Notes under the pieces: model-generated
Told to the model about the DNA's origin: nothing
Seen by the model: only the letters and a program-made list of their open reading frames with translations
The model's database searches: none
Made by a program: the position numbers and the translations under genes
Source of the DNA: Malacoraja senta
Lineage: Eukaryota
Assembly: GCA_038087875.1 (NCBI GenBank)
Contig: CM075988.1
Span: 19,036,001-19,096,000 of the forward strand
Length of the DNA: 60,000 nucleotides
Direction of reading: 5' to 3'
Shown: piece by piece, positions 1 through 11,182 of the stretch
Numbering within the stretch: position 1 is the stretch's first letter
Layout: the number at the start of each line of letters is the position of its first letter

Positions 1-228
1 CAACTGTTGGGAGAGTCTAGAATCGGAGGGCATAGCATCAGAAAAAAAGGACGTACCTTTAGAAAGACGAGGAGGAATTTCTTTAGGCAGATGGTGTTGA
101 ATCTATGGAATTCATTGCCATAAAAAGCCTGTGGCGGCCAAGTCATTTGGTAGTTTTATGGTGGAGGTGGACAGATTCTTGATTAGTAAGGGTGGCAAGG
201 GTTATGGGGAGAAGGCAGGAGAATGGTC
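1..228 (+). mobile_element. CR1 LINE 3' fragment
   Basis: Degenerate match to the CR1 ORF2 C-terminal region (…RRNFF..MVLNLWNSLP…KGYGEKAG) that is intact at 10620-10850. Confidence 0.8.
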
Positions 229-616
229 TACTTCTGCTTCAATGACATCAACTAATGAACTTATTTGTGGAGCGAATGGACAGGCGACGTTTCAGGTCGA
301 GAATCTTCTTCAGATCCTTCATGGTTCTGAAGAAGAGTCCTCACCCAAAGTGTGTGTTCGTTCCCTCCACAGATGCTGCTTGACCAGCTGAGGTACATCA
401 GCACTTTGTGCTTTCCGCCAAATTAGAATTGCTTGTGGAAGACATGTTAGGGAGGGTGAAGGGATGGGGGGAGGGAAAGGTTAAAGGTGCTTCAGCAAAC
501 ACGTAGACACCAAAGCATGTCAGAAGCTATCAGTTGATAAAATGGTGTGAGACACTTTACCATATACCTGACCCTGCAACCTACACTATGATACTCAGTT
601 GCAAGCATAGGGCTGA

Positions 617-852
617 AATGTAATAGGAAGGAACTGCAGATGCTAGTTTATAGCAAAGATAGACACAAAGTGCTGGAGTAACTCGGCGAGTCAGGCAGCA
701 TCTCTGGAGAAAAAGGATAGGTGACGTGTCGGATTGGGACCCTTCTTCAGACGGTCTGAAGAAGGTCCTGACCGGAAAGTTCACCTATCCATTTTCTCCA
801 GAGATGCTGCCTGACCCACTGAGTTAGTCCAGCACTTTGTCTCGCTCTTTTA
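617..852. mobile_element. Palindromic Penelope-like short element with 11-bp TSD
   Basis: Arms at 661-751 and 753-842 are inverted copies (acaaagtgctggagtaactc…cttcttcagac / gtctgaagaagg…ccagcactttgt). catagggctga is duplicated at 606-616 and 853-863. Confidence 0.65.
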
Positions 853-2492
853 CATAGGGCTGAGACTGCATTCGGCTTTTCTTTCAGAAATTTGTTAATA
901 CTCAGCACTTTATAAATAGATGCACCGCTCTATAAATAAATGTCCTATTCAATGTTAGCAAGGGCCCTGTAGGATCAAGAGCTGTACGGTGTGTGCTGTA
1001 TACGTGACCTAGCTGGGATGGAGAAGACGGGTCTATTTTGGACCGGATAAAGTACTGCATAAAATAACTAGGCCAGGTCGTATTCGGCTGCAATCAGGTC
1101 AACCTTAGGTCATGTTATAATTATACATCTAAGCAAATTTTTCCTTCAGTTTCTCGATTAACATTATACAATCTAGCAGCCCAGTTATAGACAGCTTTGT
1201 AATGCTCCCTGCGTATGTCGTACACAGTGCTCTCTTTATTGGTTTCTAATACTGAATTAATTTAATGATTGTGGCAAGGATCAATGGATAACGACACTTT
1301 GTGAATCAGAAGTAACAAGGTGGTGCAGTGATTATGAGCCTGGGCTAGTTCTACAACATAGACCATAGAACAGTAGAGCACAGAACAGGCCCTTCGGCCC
1401 ACAATGTCTGTACCGAACAAGATGCCAAGCTAAATTAGTCACCTCTGCCTGCCCACATAGCCCTCCATATCCATGTTCCTACCGAAAAGCCTCAAAACGC
1501 CACTATCATATCCGCCTCCACCACCACTCCTGGCAACATGTCCCATGCACTCAGCACCCTCTGTGTAAAAAACACAGTTACCCCATGTAACCCCAGGGGC
1601 AGCACAGTGGCACAGTGGTAGAGTTGTTGCATTACAGTGCTTGCAGTGCCGGAGACCTGGGTTCGATCCTGACTACGGGTGCTGTCTGTATGAATGAATT
1701 AATAAGTTTATTGGCCAAGTATGTACACATACAAGGAATTTGCCTTGGTGCTCCGCTCGCAAGTAACAACACGACATACAGTAAACAATAAAGAATAAAA
1801 CATTAAAACATTAAAAATTTAGAATAAAACATTACAGTTTAAACATGTGAATGAAATAAAATACTAGTGCAAAAGGAGGCTACAGACGTTCGGTTTTTGA
1901 GTAGAGCTACTACTCGTGGGAAAAAGCTGTTTTTACGTCTGGCTGTGGCAGCTTTGACAGTCCGGAGTTGCCTCCCAGAGGGAAGTACTTCGGAGTTTGC
2001 ACCTTCTCCCCGTGAACACATGACTTTCTCCAAGATCTTCGGTTTCCTCCCACACTCCAAAGATGTACGGGTTTGTAGGTTAATTGAATTGGTATAAATG
2101 TAAATTGTCCCTAGTGTGTGTCGGATTATGTTAAGGGCCTGTTGCTGCGCTGTATCTCTAAACTAAACTAAACTAAAGTAAAGTAAATTATACTAAACAT
2201 CTCCTTTAAACTTTGTCCCTTTCACCTAGAGCTAAGCCCCCTGGTCTCCTTTCATTTCTTCCAGATATCTTTCCTCCCCCCCCCTCCCCCCTCTATTTAA
2301 CATCCTGCCCAAAATAGGTTTGTCCTCTCCATCCCCACTAGGTCATGTATGGTACCGTACATGCTCTTAATCCTACAAGGTCCTTGATAACATAGAATAG
2401 GACATTTATTTATAGAGCAGTGCATCTATTTCTAAAATGCTGAGTATTAACAAATTTCTGAAAGAAAAACTGAATGCAGTCTCGACCCTATG
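853..2492. repeat. Inverted repeat with ~195-bp arms (853-1048 / 2302-2492)
   Basis: ctttcagaaatttgttaatactcagca…ctataaataaatgtcctattc reappears as its reverse complement at ~2390-2490, and the similarity extends to 1048/2302. Confidence 0.85.
1597..2195 (+). mobile_element. HE1-like V-SINE interrupted by another repeat (~1692-1987)
   Basis: tRNA-like head (tggcacagtggtagag…ggttcgatcc), V-domain (ggagtttgcaccttctccccgtg…ggtttcctcccaca) and (aaact)n tail. Confidence 0.8.
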
Positions 2493-2804
2493 CTAAAGAT
2501 GCAAGGGTCCCGACCCAAAACATCACTTTTACATGTTTTCCAGAGATGCTGCCTGACCTACTGAGTTACTCCACCACTTTGTGTCCCCTCTAGCCTTCCC
2601 CATTTCCACTGGGAGAAAGATTCTGACTGTCTACCCTTTCCATGCCTCTCATAATGTTATATACTTCCATCAGATCTCCCCTCGATCTCTGACACGAGTT
2701 ATTTTTTACACTGAGAGTGGTGTGCGCCTGGAACAGGCTGGAAGAAGACATAATAGTCTGATTTATAAAGCTTTCAGATCGTTTTATAAAGCTTTGGATT
2801 GTTT

Positions 2805-3205
2805 ACCTTGTCGTGGTGAAGAGGCTTGCGTGCCCTCATGATTCTGAGAGCGATGCCGTCGGAAGCACCAGCTTGCGGTAGGGCCACCCATGGCGGTAAG
2901 GTTGAGGATGAGGGTCCAGACTAAGAACGATCCAACCTACAAGACCTCAACGGCGGACGAGGCGGACAAAGTTATCTTGAACTCAACGGCTGTGAAGGCG
3001 GATGAAGGCTGCAACAGATCTATCGGCTCCAGTCGTCTTGGTTCCCTTGCCATTGGAATGAGTTGATTGATTTGTGAAGGACCGTGTGCTTCTTGGAGTA
3101 CAACATCAAGTACACGTTAAACACACACACGCACAGGCGTCTTCGTTCTGTGAGAAAACAACGGAACGTAGACCATCATCCTCGACCTCGAGGGATAGCC
3201 ACGAC
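2805..3205 (+). mobile_element. Short bipartite non-autonomous RTE (Expander/Rex3-like) element
   Basis: The 5' part (accttgtcgtggtgaagaggcttgcgtg…ggtagggccacccatggc…ccagactaaga) resembles RTE/Expander 5' UTRs. The 3' end catcatcctcgacctcgagggatagcc resembles RTE tails. It has no ORF and sits inside a CR1 3' fragment. Confidence 0.6.
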
Positions 3206-5932
3206 TAGATAGGCACGTGAATCCACAAGGAATGGGTTACGCGCAGGTTACAAAGAGGGGTCAGGCGTGTGGGGCCACTGAGAACAAAGAAGGGCCATGT
3301 GTGGGGGATGCGCCGAGAGAACCAAGAGGGACAATTAGGGACTACATTGAACACTTTGTAAGTTGGTCGGCGCCTTATACATGGCGACTCTTTGCATACC
3401 TTGTGTATGGTCTGCAAAACGAAGACTTTTACTGTGACATGGACGTGATAATAATGTATCAATCAATCGGTCAGAAGAGAGTAGTTTGGCATCATGTTTG
3501 GCACAGAGTAGACATCTTGGGCTGAAGAGCCTGTTCCTGTGCTGCACTGCTCTATGTTCTATTAACGCAGGATCAGTACAGGTGGGCGGGTAGTGGTCAT
3601 TGCAGACACGGAAGTTCCAGGGGACCTATTTTTTACCTTATTGTCCATAGACCTCCAGGTATACCTCGAGGAATTTAGCTTTGGGGTGCGGTTTAAGTAA
3701 TGGCCACGGCTGTCAGGAAGTTTAGGAGTTCTTCATTCAAGGACAAGAGTAAGTGAGGACATTCTGGCTGCTCCGTACAAAATCCAGGCCATTCTTTGGA
3801 CCAGTCCCATCACACACAGTAAACAGTGAAGTTCACACTGGGTGCACACCGGGAGTGTTTTGAGATTACTCATTGAAAGTCCATGCACATTGCAGTCCAT
3901 GAATTTAGGTCTGGGGTAAATGTTGCCCATTTGCAAGAGTTATTTTGTGCTGTGATTTTCATTGGGACACAATTAACATTCAATGGTTTAATAAAGTCCT
4001 TTACAATTGACATTGTGATTGCTCACTACTTGGGGATAACAAGATTGTTTCTGCTATGTTATTTATTATTAGAGACAAAAGAGGCTGTAAATGCTGGAAT
4101 CTTGAGCAAAACACAAATTGCTGGATTAACTCACTGGGTCAAGTAGCATCTATGGAGGGAAATGGACAGACGGCATTTCGGGTCGGGACTCAATCTGAAG
4201 ATAGGTTTTGACCCGAAACGTCCACAGTCCATTCCCTCCACAGATGCTGCCTGACCCACTGAGTTCCTCCAGTACTTGGCATGTGATTTCTACTCATCTG
4301 TTCGTGGGGTGTGGACATGGTTGGCAAGGAGAGCATTTAATTTCAATTCCAGTTTCTTGTCTCCCCACCCCCCCCCCCCCCCCTCAAGAGTCACCCACAC
4401 TGGTACAGATCTGGAGTCACTTGTAGACCAGGTCAAGATTTCCTTCACTACATATCACTCACAGCCCAATAGGTCTTTGCAGTTTCACGATCACCACACT
4501 GACACCTGCATTGTATTTAACATTTATTTATTTACTTGAGTCCCTAACCTCCATGGAAACATCCTGCTTTTGGGTCAATGGTCCAGGACCATGGCACTTC
4601 CTGTGACTAAACCAATATATCTTGGTATCACTGACCGAGGCTTATTTTCGGTTGAACAACACACGACGTTACAAAACTATAGTCTGAAGCAGGGTCCCAA
4701 CCCAAAACGTCTCCTGTCCATTTTCTCCAGAGATGCTGCCTGACCCGCTGAGTTACTCCAGCACTTTGTGTCTATCTTTCACATGATTTTCCAACCTTCA
4801 TCATCTTTCAAGTCTTTCCATTTCTTCATTTGGCCTCCTCGGTGCTAAAACACTCAGAGAATTCAGCCCTCTGAGGTTTAGTTTAGTTTAGAGATGGACA
4901 CAGCGTGGACACAGGCCCTTCGGCCCATCGAGTCTGCGCCGACCAATGATCACCCGTACACTAGTTCTGGGTTCTGAAACACCCCTGATACTGCTCACCT
5001 CTAATAATATGAATAGCAATAGGAATACTTTATTGTCACATGTGACTAGGCACAGTGAGATTCTTTGCTTGAATGCACAATGTATACATAGTGCAGCCAC
5101 CTACGGCACTGACAAAGTTACAAAGCTGTAACGCTGAATGCCAAGAGTGTTTCATTGTCATATGTACCGACAACAGAACACTGACATTTTTATTTACTGC
5201 ATAACAGGCCTGTAAACACAGTACACGGAGATAATATATGATAAAGAAAAACGTATTTAATTAATGACAACAATACTGATGCAAAAAAACAACCCCAAAT
5301 CCTCACTGTAAAGGATACACCTTCTGTGACAGATTCCGAACTGAATGAATTCATTCTCTAAACATCAGTCGCTCACCTCTTTCTTGATCCCCTTTGAAAT
5401 CTATCACTTTAACAAGCACGTCCTTTTATTGTTCCATGGCTCAGTGTTACACTTGATTCGATAATGCTCCTGTGAACTTTGCTGCAATGTGTAAGAAGGA
5501 ATGGGTGACCTTTCGGGTCGAAACCCTTCTTCAGACTTGTTGTGATGTTTTAGCCCGTTAAGAGATGCTAGAAAAAGTCAAGTTATTTTTCGCGTTTAAC
5601 GGAACCATCTTGCAGCTATAATGATTTTTAATACTTACAGTTAGCTGGCCTAATTAAAGGAATAAATAGAAGTTAATCTGAACTTGCCACTATTGAATTC
5701 GTGTCTGTTAGTTCTTTGTTGGATCAATGAAGAATGGGACGGAGAAAGGCAAGAATTTTTCTAATGTGAAGTTTTAATTGACAGGAGCCACCAACCTATT
5801 GATTGGGTTAATTGGCTTACCTTTTTACTGACCAACACTGAACTGATCATTCAGTGTTAGTCAACATTGAATGCAGGACTTTTGATTATTGATTCCTTAA
5901 TTATAATGTAGACAAAGAATATATATAGAATG

Positions 5933-6011
5933 TTAGTTTAGTTTAGAGATACAGCACGGAAACAGGCCCTTCGGCCCACCGAGTCCACGCCGACCAGCGA
6001 TCCCCACACAC
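5933..6011 (-). mobile_element. HE1-like SINE 3' part (probable head remnant at ~11243-11283)
   Basis: tttagtttagagatacagcacggaaacaggcccttcggccc… is interrupted at TTA 6012-6014. Confidence 0.75.
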
Positions 6012-6014
6012 TTA

Positions 6015-6415
6015 AGGGCCTGTCCCACCAGCATGCGATTGCATGCGTCTAGCGTGACCAAACGTGGTGGCTTGAGGCGTACGGCTGCGCGGGACCGGTC
6101 CCACTTCCAACCGCGGAGGCGTCTGGAGTTGTGCGGGGCTGGTCCCGACATCATACTCACCAATCAGCTGGGCAGGAGGAGGGCCGACTGAATTTGGACG
6201 TCTCACAGCGTCGGTCGGTGACGTCATCACACAACGGCACGCCGGGCGGTGACGCCATCGCGCAACGCTACGCGCCAGGCTTACGTCGTCAAGACGCTGC
6301 GTACGGTGTCATGACGCTGCGTACGACGTTTAGACGCTGCGTACGCCCATTGAGGTGCTGCGTACGGCCTCAAAGCGCCTGCGGGCCGACAGGCCGTTGT
6401 CGCGCGGGATTTTCG
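6015..6415. mobile_element. PIF/Harbinger-like MITE, left part
   Basis: Follows TTA and begins agggcctgtcccac, the same TIR type as the complete element at 40931. It is CpG-rich with internal gacgctgcgtacg repeats. The right end is not seen. Confidence 0.6.
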
Positions 6416-6602
6416 GAGGCCCGAGAGCCGTTGGAGCGGTCGCAGAGGGAGGAGGAACCAAAATCTGCAACGTTCCAAGTTCCACTCGCACTTCAAAAAC
6501 AAGTGGGCTTAAGGAAGCCGCTGATTGGTGGAAGCAGACAAGAGGGAGCAGCTGATTGGGAGTCAGATCCCTGCTGATTGTACTGTATTGTAGCAGTTTG
6601 TT

Positions 6603-6980
6603 TTGTATTGTACCCTAGGTAAGTGGAGTATGAGGGCCAGGGCAGTTTACTGTTCTGGATGTCAGATGTATTGTATCCAGGGTAAGGGGAGTATGAGGGC
6701 CAGGGCAGTTTACTGTTCTGGATGTCAGATGTATTGTATCCAGGGTAAGTGGAGTATGAGGGCCAGGGCAGTTTACTGTTCTGGATGTCAGATGTATTGT
6801 ATCCAGGGTAAGGGGAGTATGAGGGCCAGGGCAGTTTACTGTTCTGGATGTCAGATGTATTGTATCCAGGGTAAGGGGAGTATGAGGGCCAGGGCTGTTT
6901 ACTGTTCTGGATGTCAGATGTATTGTATCCAGGCTAAGGGGAGTATGAGGGCCAGGGCAGTTTACTGTTCTGGATGTCAG
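6603..6980 (+). repeat. 63-bp tandem repeat, 6 copies, in frame (MYCIQGKGSMRARAVYCSGCQ)
   Basis: Units start at 6603, 6666, 6729, 6792, 6855 and 6918. Confidence 0.97.
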
Positions 6981-7875
6981 ATGTGGGAAGTCATGGAGTC
7001 TGATAGCCCTCCAGACGTCCACATCTGCGCCAGGTGTATCGAGATGGGGCTCCTAAGGGACCGTATTAGGAACCTGGAGCAGCAGCTCGATGGCCTCCGT
7101 CTGGTCAGGGAGAGCAAGGAAGTCATTGAGAGGAGTTACAGGGAGGTGGTCACTCCAAGACCACAGGAGGCAGTGGATCACGGTTGGGAGAGGCAAGGGG
7201 CACAGGCAGGGACTAGAGAGTACCCCGGTGGCTGTACACCTTGACAATATGTACTCCTGTTTGAGCACTGTTGGGGTGGACAGCCTACCTGGGGGTAGCG
7301 ACAGCGGCCGGGCCTCCGGTACAGAGACCGGTCCTGTTGCTCAGAAGGGTAAGGAAAAGAAGAGGAGGGCAATACTAATAGGGGACTCTATAGTTAGGGG
7401 GTTAGACAGGCGATTCTGTGGACGCAGTCGGGAGACCCGGATGGTAGTTTGCCTCCCTGGTGCCAGGGTCTGTGATGTGTCTCAAAGTGTCCAAGATATC
7501 CTGAAAGGGGAGGGAGAGGAGCCCGAGGTCGTGGTACATATAGGTACCAATGACATAGGTAAAAAAAGAGAAGAGGTCCTGAAAGGAGAATTTAGGGAGT
7601 TAGGAGGGGAGTTAAAGAGTAGGACAGCAAAGGTAACAATCTCGGGATTACTGCCTGTGCCACGCGACAGTGAGAGTAGGAATGGAGCGTGGTGGAGGAT
7701 AAATGCGTGGCTGAAGGACTGGTGCAGAGGGCAGGGATTCAAATTTCTGGATCATTGGGACCTCTTTTGTGGAAGGTGCGACCTGTACAAAAAGCATGGG
7801 TTGCACTTGAACCTGAGGGGGACCGATATCCTGGCGGGGAGATCTGCAAAGGCTACTGGGGAGACTTTAAACTAG
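6603..7875 (+). pseudogene. CR1 ORF1: zinc finger/coiled coil plus SGNH esterase-like domain, frameshifted near 7170
   Basis: Motifs CSGC…CARC, LLRDRIRNLEQQL, IGDSIVR, CLPGAR, VVHIGTND and GLHLN. Confidence 0.88.
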
Positions 7876-7921
7876 AATGGTTGGGGGGAGGGACTCAAAT
7901 AGAGAAAGCTATTAGACAGTG

Positions 7922-8022
7922 TGTTTATTATTGTTTTCTTCTTTCCCCCCTACATGTTGGGTCTTTCCCCCCTACACTCAGACCCAACATGTAGGGGGGG
8001 AAGAAGAAAACAATAATAAACA
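7922..8022. repeat. 43-bp-arm hairpin inside CR1
   Basis: 7922-7964 is the reverse complement of 7980-8022 with 1 mismatch, around a 15-nt loop. Confidence 0.95.
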
Positions 8023-8189
8023 GAGAATAAGAGGTGGTGGGGTTCTTAAATGGGTGAGCAGAGAAACAGAGGGGTGTAAAATGCGGGCGGAAGCAATAGG
8101 TAGCAAGGTGAAAGGTAAAAGTGGCAGGCAGACAAATCCAGGGCAAAAATCAAAAAGGGCCACTTTTCAACATAATTGTATAAGGGGTA

Positions 8190-10853
8190 AAAGCGTTGTA
8201 AAAACAAGCCTGAAGGCTTTGTGTCTCAATGCAAGGAGCATTTGTAATAAGGTGGATGAGTTGAAGAGGAGATTAACGCAGTGGAAAGGAAGGACATTAG
8301 CTTGGAGGATGTGGAATCGGTATGGGTAGAGCTGCGAAACACTTAGGGGCAGAAAACGCTGGTGGGTGTTGTGTACAGGCCTACTAGCAGTAGTAGTGAA
8401 GTTGGGGATGGCATCAAACAGGAAATTAGAAATGCGTGCAACAAAGGCAAAACAGTTATAATGGGTGAATTCAATCTACATATAGATTGGGTGAATCAAA
8501 TTGGCAGGGGTGCTGAGGAAGAGGATTTCTTGGAATGTATGCGGGATAGTTATCTAAACCAACATGTAGAGGATCCAACAAGAGAGCAGGCTATTCTAGA
8601 CTGGGTATTGAGTAATGAGGAAGGGTTAGTTAGCAGTCTTGTTGTGCATGCTCCCTTGGGCAAGAGTGACCATAATATGGTTGAGTTCTTCATTAGGATG
8701 GAGAGTGACATTGTTAATTCAGAAACAACGGTTCTGAACTTAAAGAAAGGTAACTTTGAGGGTGTGAGACGTGAATTGGACAAGATTGACTGGCAATTAG
8801 TTCTAAAAGGGTTGACGGTGGATATGCAATGGAAGGCATTTAAAGACTGCATGGATGAACTACAAAAATTGTTCATCCCAGTTTGGCAAAAGAATATATC
8901 AGGGAAGGTACTGCATCCGTGGATAACAAGGGAAATCAGGGATAGTATCAAAGCAAAAGATGATGCGTACAAATTAGCTAGAAAAAGCAGCATACCAGAG
9001 GACTGGGAGAAATTCAGAGACAAGAAGAGTAGGACAAAGGGCTTAATTAGGAAAGGGAAAATAGATTATGAAAGAAAACTGGCAGGGAACATAAAAACTG
9101 ACTGCAAAAGTTTTTATAGATATGTGAAGAGAAAGAGGTTAGTTAAAACAAATGTAGGTCCCTTGCAGTCAGAAACAGGTGAATTGATCATGGGGAACAA
9201 GGATATGGCGGACCAATTGAATAACTACTTTGGTTCCGTCTTCACTAAGGAAGACATAAATAATCTGCCGGAAATAGCAGGGGGCTGGAGATGGAGGAAA
9301 TGAGTGAAATCCAGCTTAGTCGGGAAGTGGTGTTGGGTAAATTGAATAGATTAAAGGCTGATAAATCACCAGGGCCAGATAGGCTGCATCCCAGAGTACT
9401 TAAGGAAGTAGCTCCAGAAATAGTGGATGCATTAGTGATAATTTTTCAAAACTCTTTAGATTCTGGAGTAGTTCCTGAGGATTGGAGGGTAGCAAACGTA
9501 ACCCCACTTTTTAAGAAAGGAGGGAGAGAGAAAACGGGGAATTACAGACCAGTTAGTCTAACATCGGTAGTGGGGAAACTGCTAGAGTCAGTTATTAAAG
9601 ATGGGATAGCAGCACATTTGGAAAGTGGTGACATCATTGGACAAAGTCAGCATGGATTTACGAAAGGTAAATCATGTCTGACAAATCTTATAGAATTTTT
9701 TGAGGATATAACTAGTAGAATGGATAGGGGAGAACCAGTGGATGTGTTGTATCTGGACTTTCAGAAGGCTTTCGACAAGGTCCCTCATAAGAGATTAGTA
9801 TACAAACTTAAAGCACACGGTATTGGGGGTTCAGTATTGATGTGGATAGAGAACTGGCTGGCAAATAGGAAGCAAAGAGTAGGAGTAAACGGGTCCTTTT
9901 CACAATGGCAGGCAGTGACTAGTGGGGTACCGCAAGGCTCAGTGCTGGGACCCCAGCTATTTACAATTTATATTAATGAACTGGATGAGGGAATTGAAGG
10001 CAACATCTCCAAGTTTGCGGATGACACTAAGCTGGGGGGCAGTGTTAGCTGTGAGGAGGATGCTAGGAGACTGCAAGGTGACTTGGATAGGCTGGGTGAG
10101 TGGGCAAATGTTTGGCAGATGCAGTATAATGTGGATAAATGTGAGGTTATTGACTTTGGTGGCAAAAACAGGAAAGCAGACTATTATCTAAATGGTGGCC
10201 GATTAGGAAAAGGGGAGATGCAGTGAGACCTGGGTGTCATGGTACACCAGTCATTGAAAGTAGGCATGCAGGTGCAGCAGGCAGTGAAGAAAGCGAATGG
10301 TATGTTAGCTTTCATAGCAAAAGGATTTGAGTATAGGAGCAGGGAGGTTCTACTGCAGTTGTACAGGGTCTTGGTGAGACCACACCTGGAGTATTGCGTA
10401 CAGTTTTGGTCTCCAAATTTGAGGAAGGACATTGTAGCCATAGAGGGAGTGCAGAGAAGGTTCACCAGACTGATTCCTGGGATGTCAGGACTTTCATATG
10501 AAGAAAGACTGGATAGACTTGGCTTATACTCGCTAGAATTTAGGAGATTGAGAGGGGATCTTATAGCAACGTACAAAATTCTTATGCGGTTGGACAGGCT
10601 AGATGCAGGAAGATTGTTCCCGATGTTGGGGAAGTCCAGGAGAAGGGGTCACAGCTTAAGGATAAGGGGGAAATCCTTTAAGACCGAGATGAGAAAAAAC
10701 TTTTTCACACAGAGAGTGGTGAATCTCTGGAACTCTCTGCCACAGAGGGTAGTTGAGGCCAGTTCATTGGCTATATTTAAGAGGGAGTTAGATGTGGCCC
10801 TTGTGGCTAAAGGGATCAGGGGGTATGGAGAGAAGGCAGGTACGGGATACTGA
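8190..10853 (+). pseudogene. CR1 ORF2 endonuclease/reverse transcriptase (disrupted)
   Basis: Motifs LCLNARS, VVYRP, GEFN, SDHN, KSPGPD, NYRPVSLTS, YLDFQKAFDKV, GVPQGSVLGP and KFADDT (~10011). Disruptions: a deletion near 8262, a stop near 8345, a frameshift near 9290 and a stop at 10224-10226. Confidence 0.95.
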
Positions 10854-10945
10854 GTTGGATGATCACCCATGATCATATTGAATGGCGGTACAGGCTCGAG
10901 GGGCCGAATGGCCTACTCCTGCACCTATTTTCTATGTATCTATGT

Positions 10946-11182
10946 AAGTGTGCCCTATACCTTCTACCTACTACCCCTGTTCTACGTCTAAGGAACTATG
11001 GACTCGAGCCCCACGTTTTGTGATGAAATGTAAAACACCTGAATCAGGTGACGTTGTCTATTATTTGCCTGTGAATTTGAACCTCTTCGGGTATACTGGG
11101 TCTCGAGATGTGATGATGGTTTCTTTGCGTGGTTTAAAACTCTCCCTCACACGTGTTTACCAACAAGAGACGACAGAGTGGC
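10946..11182 (+). repeat. 237-bp copy of 59199-59435
   Basis: Identical to the distal copy except for one substitution (gatgtgatg vs gatgtcatg). Confidence 0.97.

Larger units (their letters stand above)
6416..10945 (+). mobile_element. Near full-length CR1 LINE (rearranged, inactive)
   Basis: Contains ORF1 (Cys finger plus esterase), ORF2 (APE endonuclease plus RT) and a 3' UTR ending ggcctactcctgcacctattttctatgtatctatgt. The 5' boundary is approximate. Confidence 0.93.

Noticed and set aside
1597..1680. tRNA genes at SINE heads (also 43825, 49212, 59422 and others)
   Set aside because: The A/B boxes run straight into the V-SINE body with no complete cloverleaf.
2801..2845. HDV-like P3/L3 motif (ACC-TTGTCGT-GGT) at the 5' end of the RTE-like element
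   Set aside because: No P1 or P2 partner strands and no J4/2 could be assigned.
5829..5863. 14-bp hairpin as a candidate miRNA
   Set aside because: The stem is too short and contains no recognisable mature miRNA.
6015..6440. CpG-island promoter of a host gene
   Set aside because: The CpG richness is explained by the MITE and the CR1 5' UTR.
6603..6980. CRISPR-like array
   Set aside because: It is a pure head-to-tail tandem repeat with no unique spacers, inside a eukaryotic LINE.
10946..11182. Possible snoRNA/U3-like gene or novel protein (TGATGA boxes; ORF MCPIPSTYY… present twice)
   Set aside because: U3 boxes A, B and C' are absent, and the segment is a patchwork of antisense CR1, unique DNA and a SINE start. 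The twin ORFs only reflect the DNA duplication.
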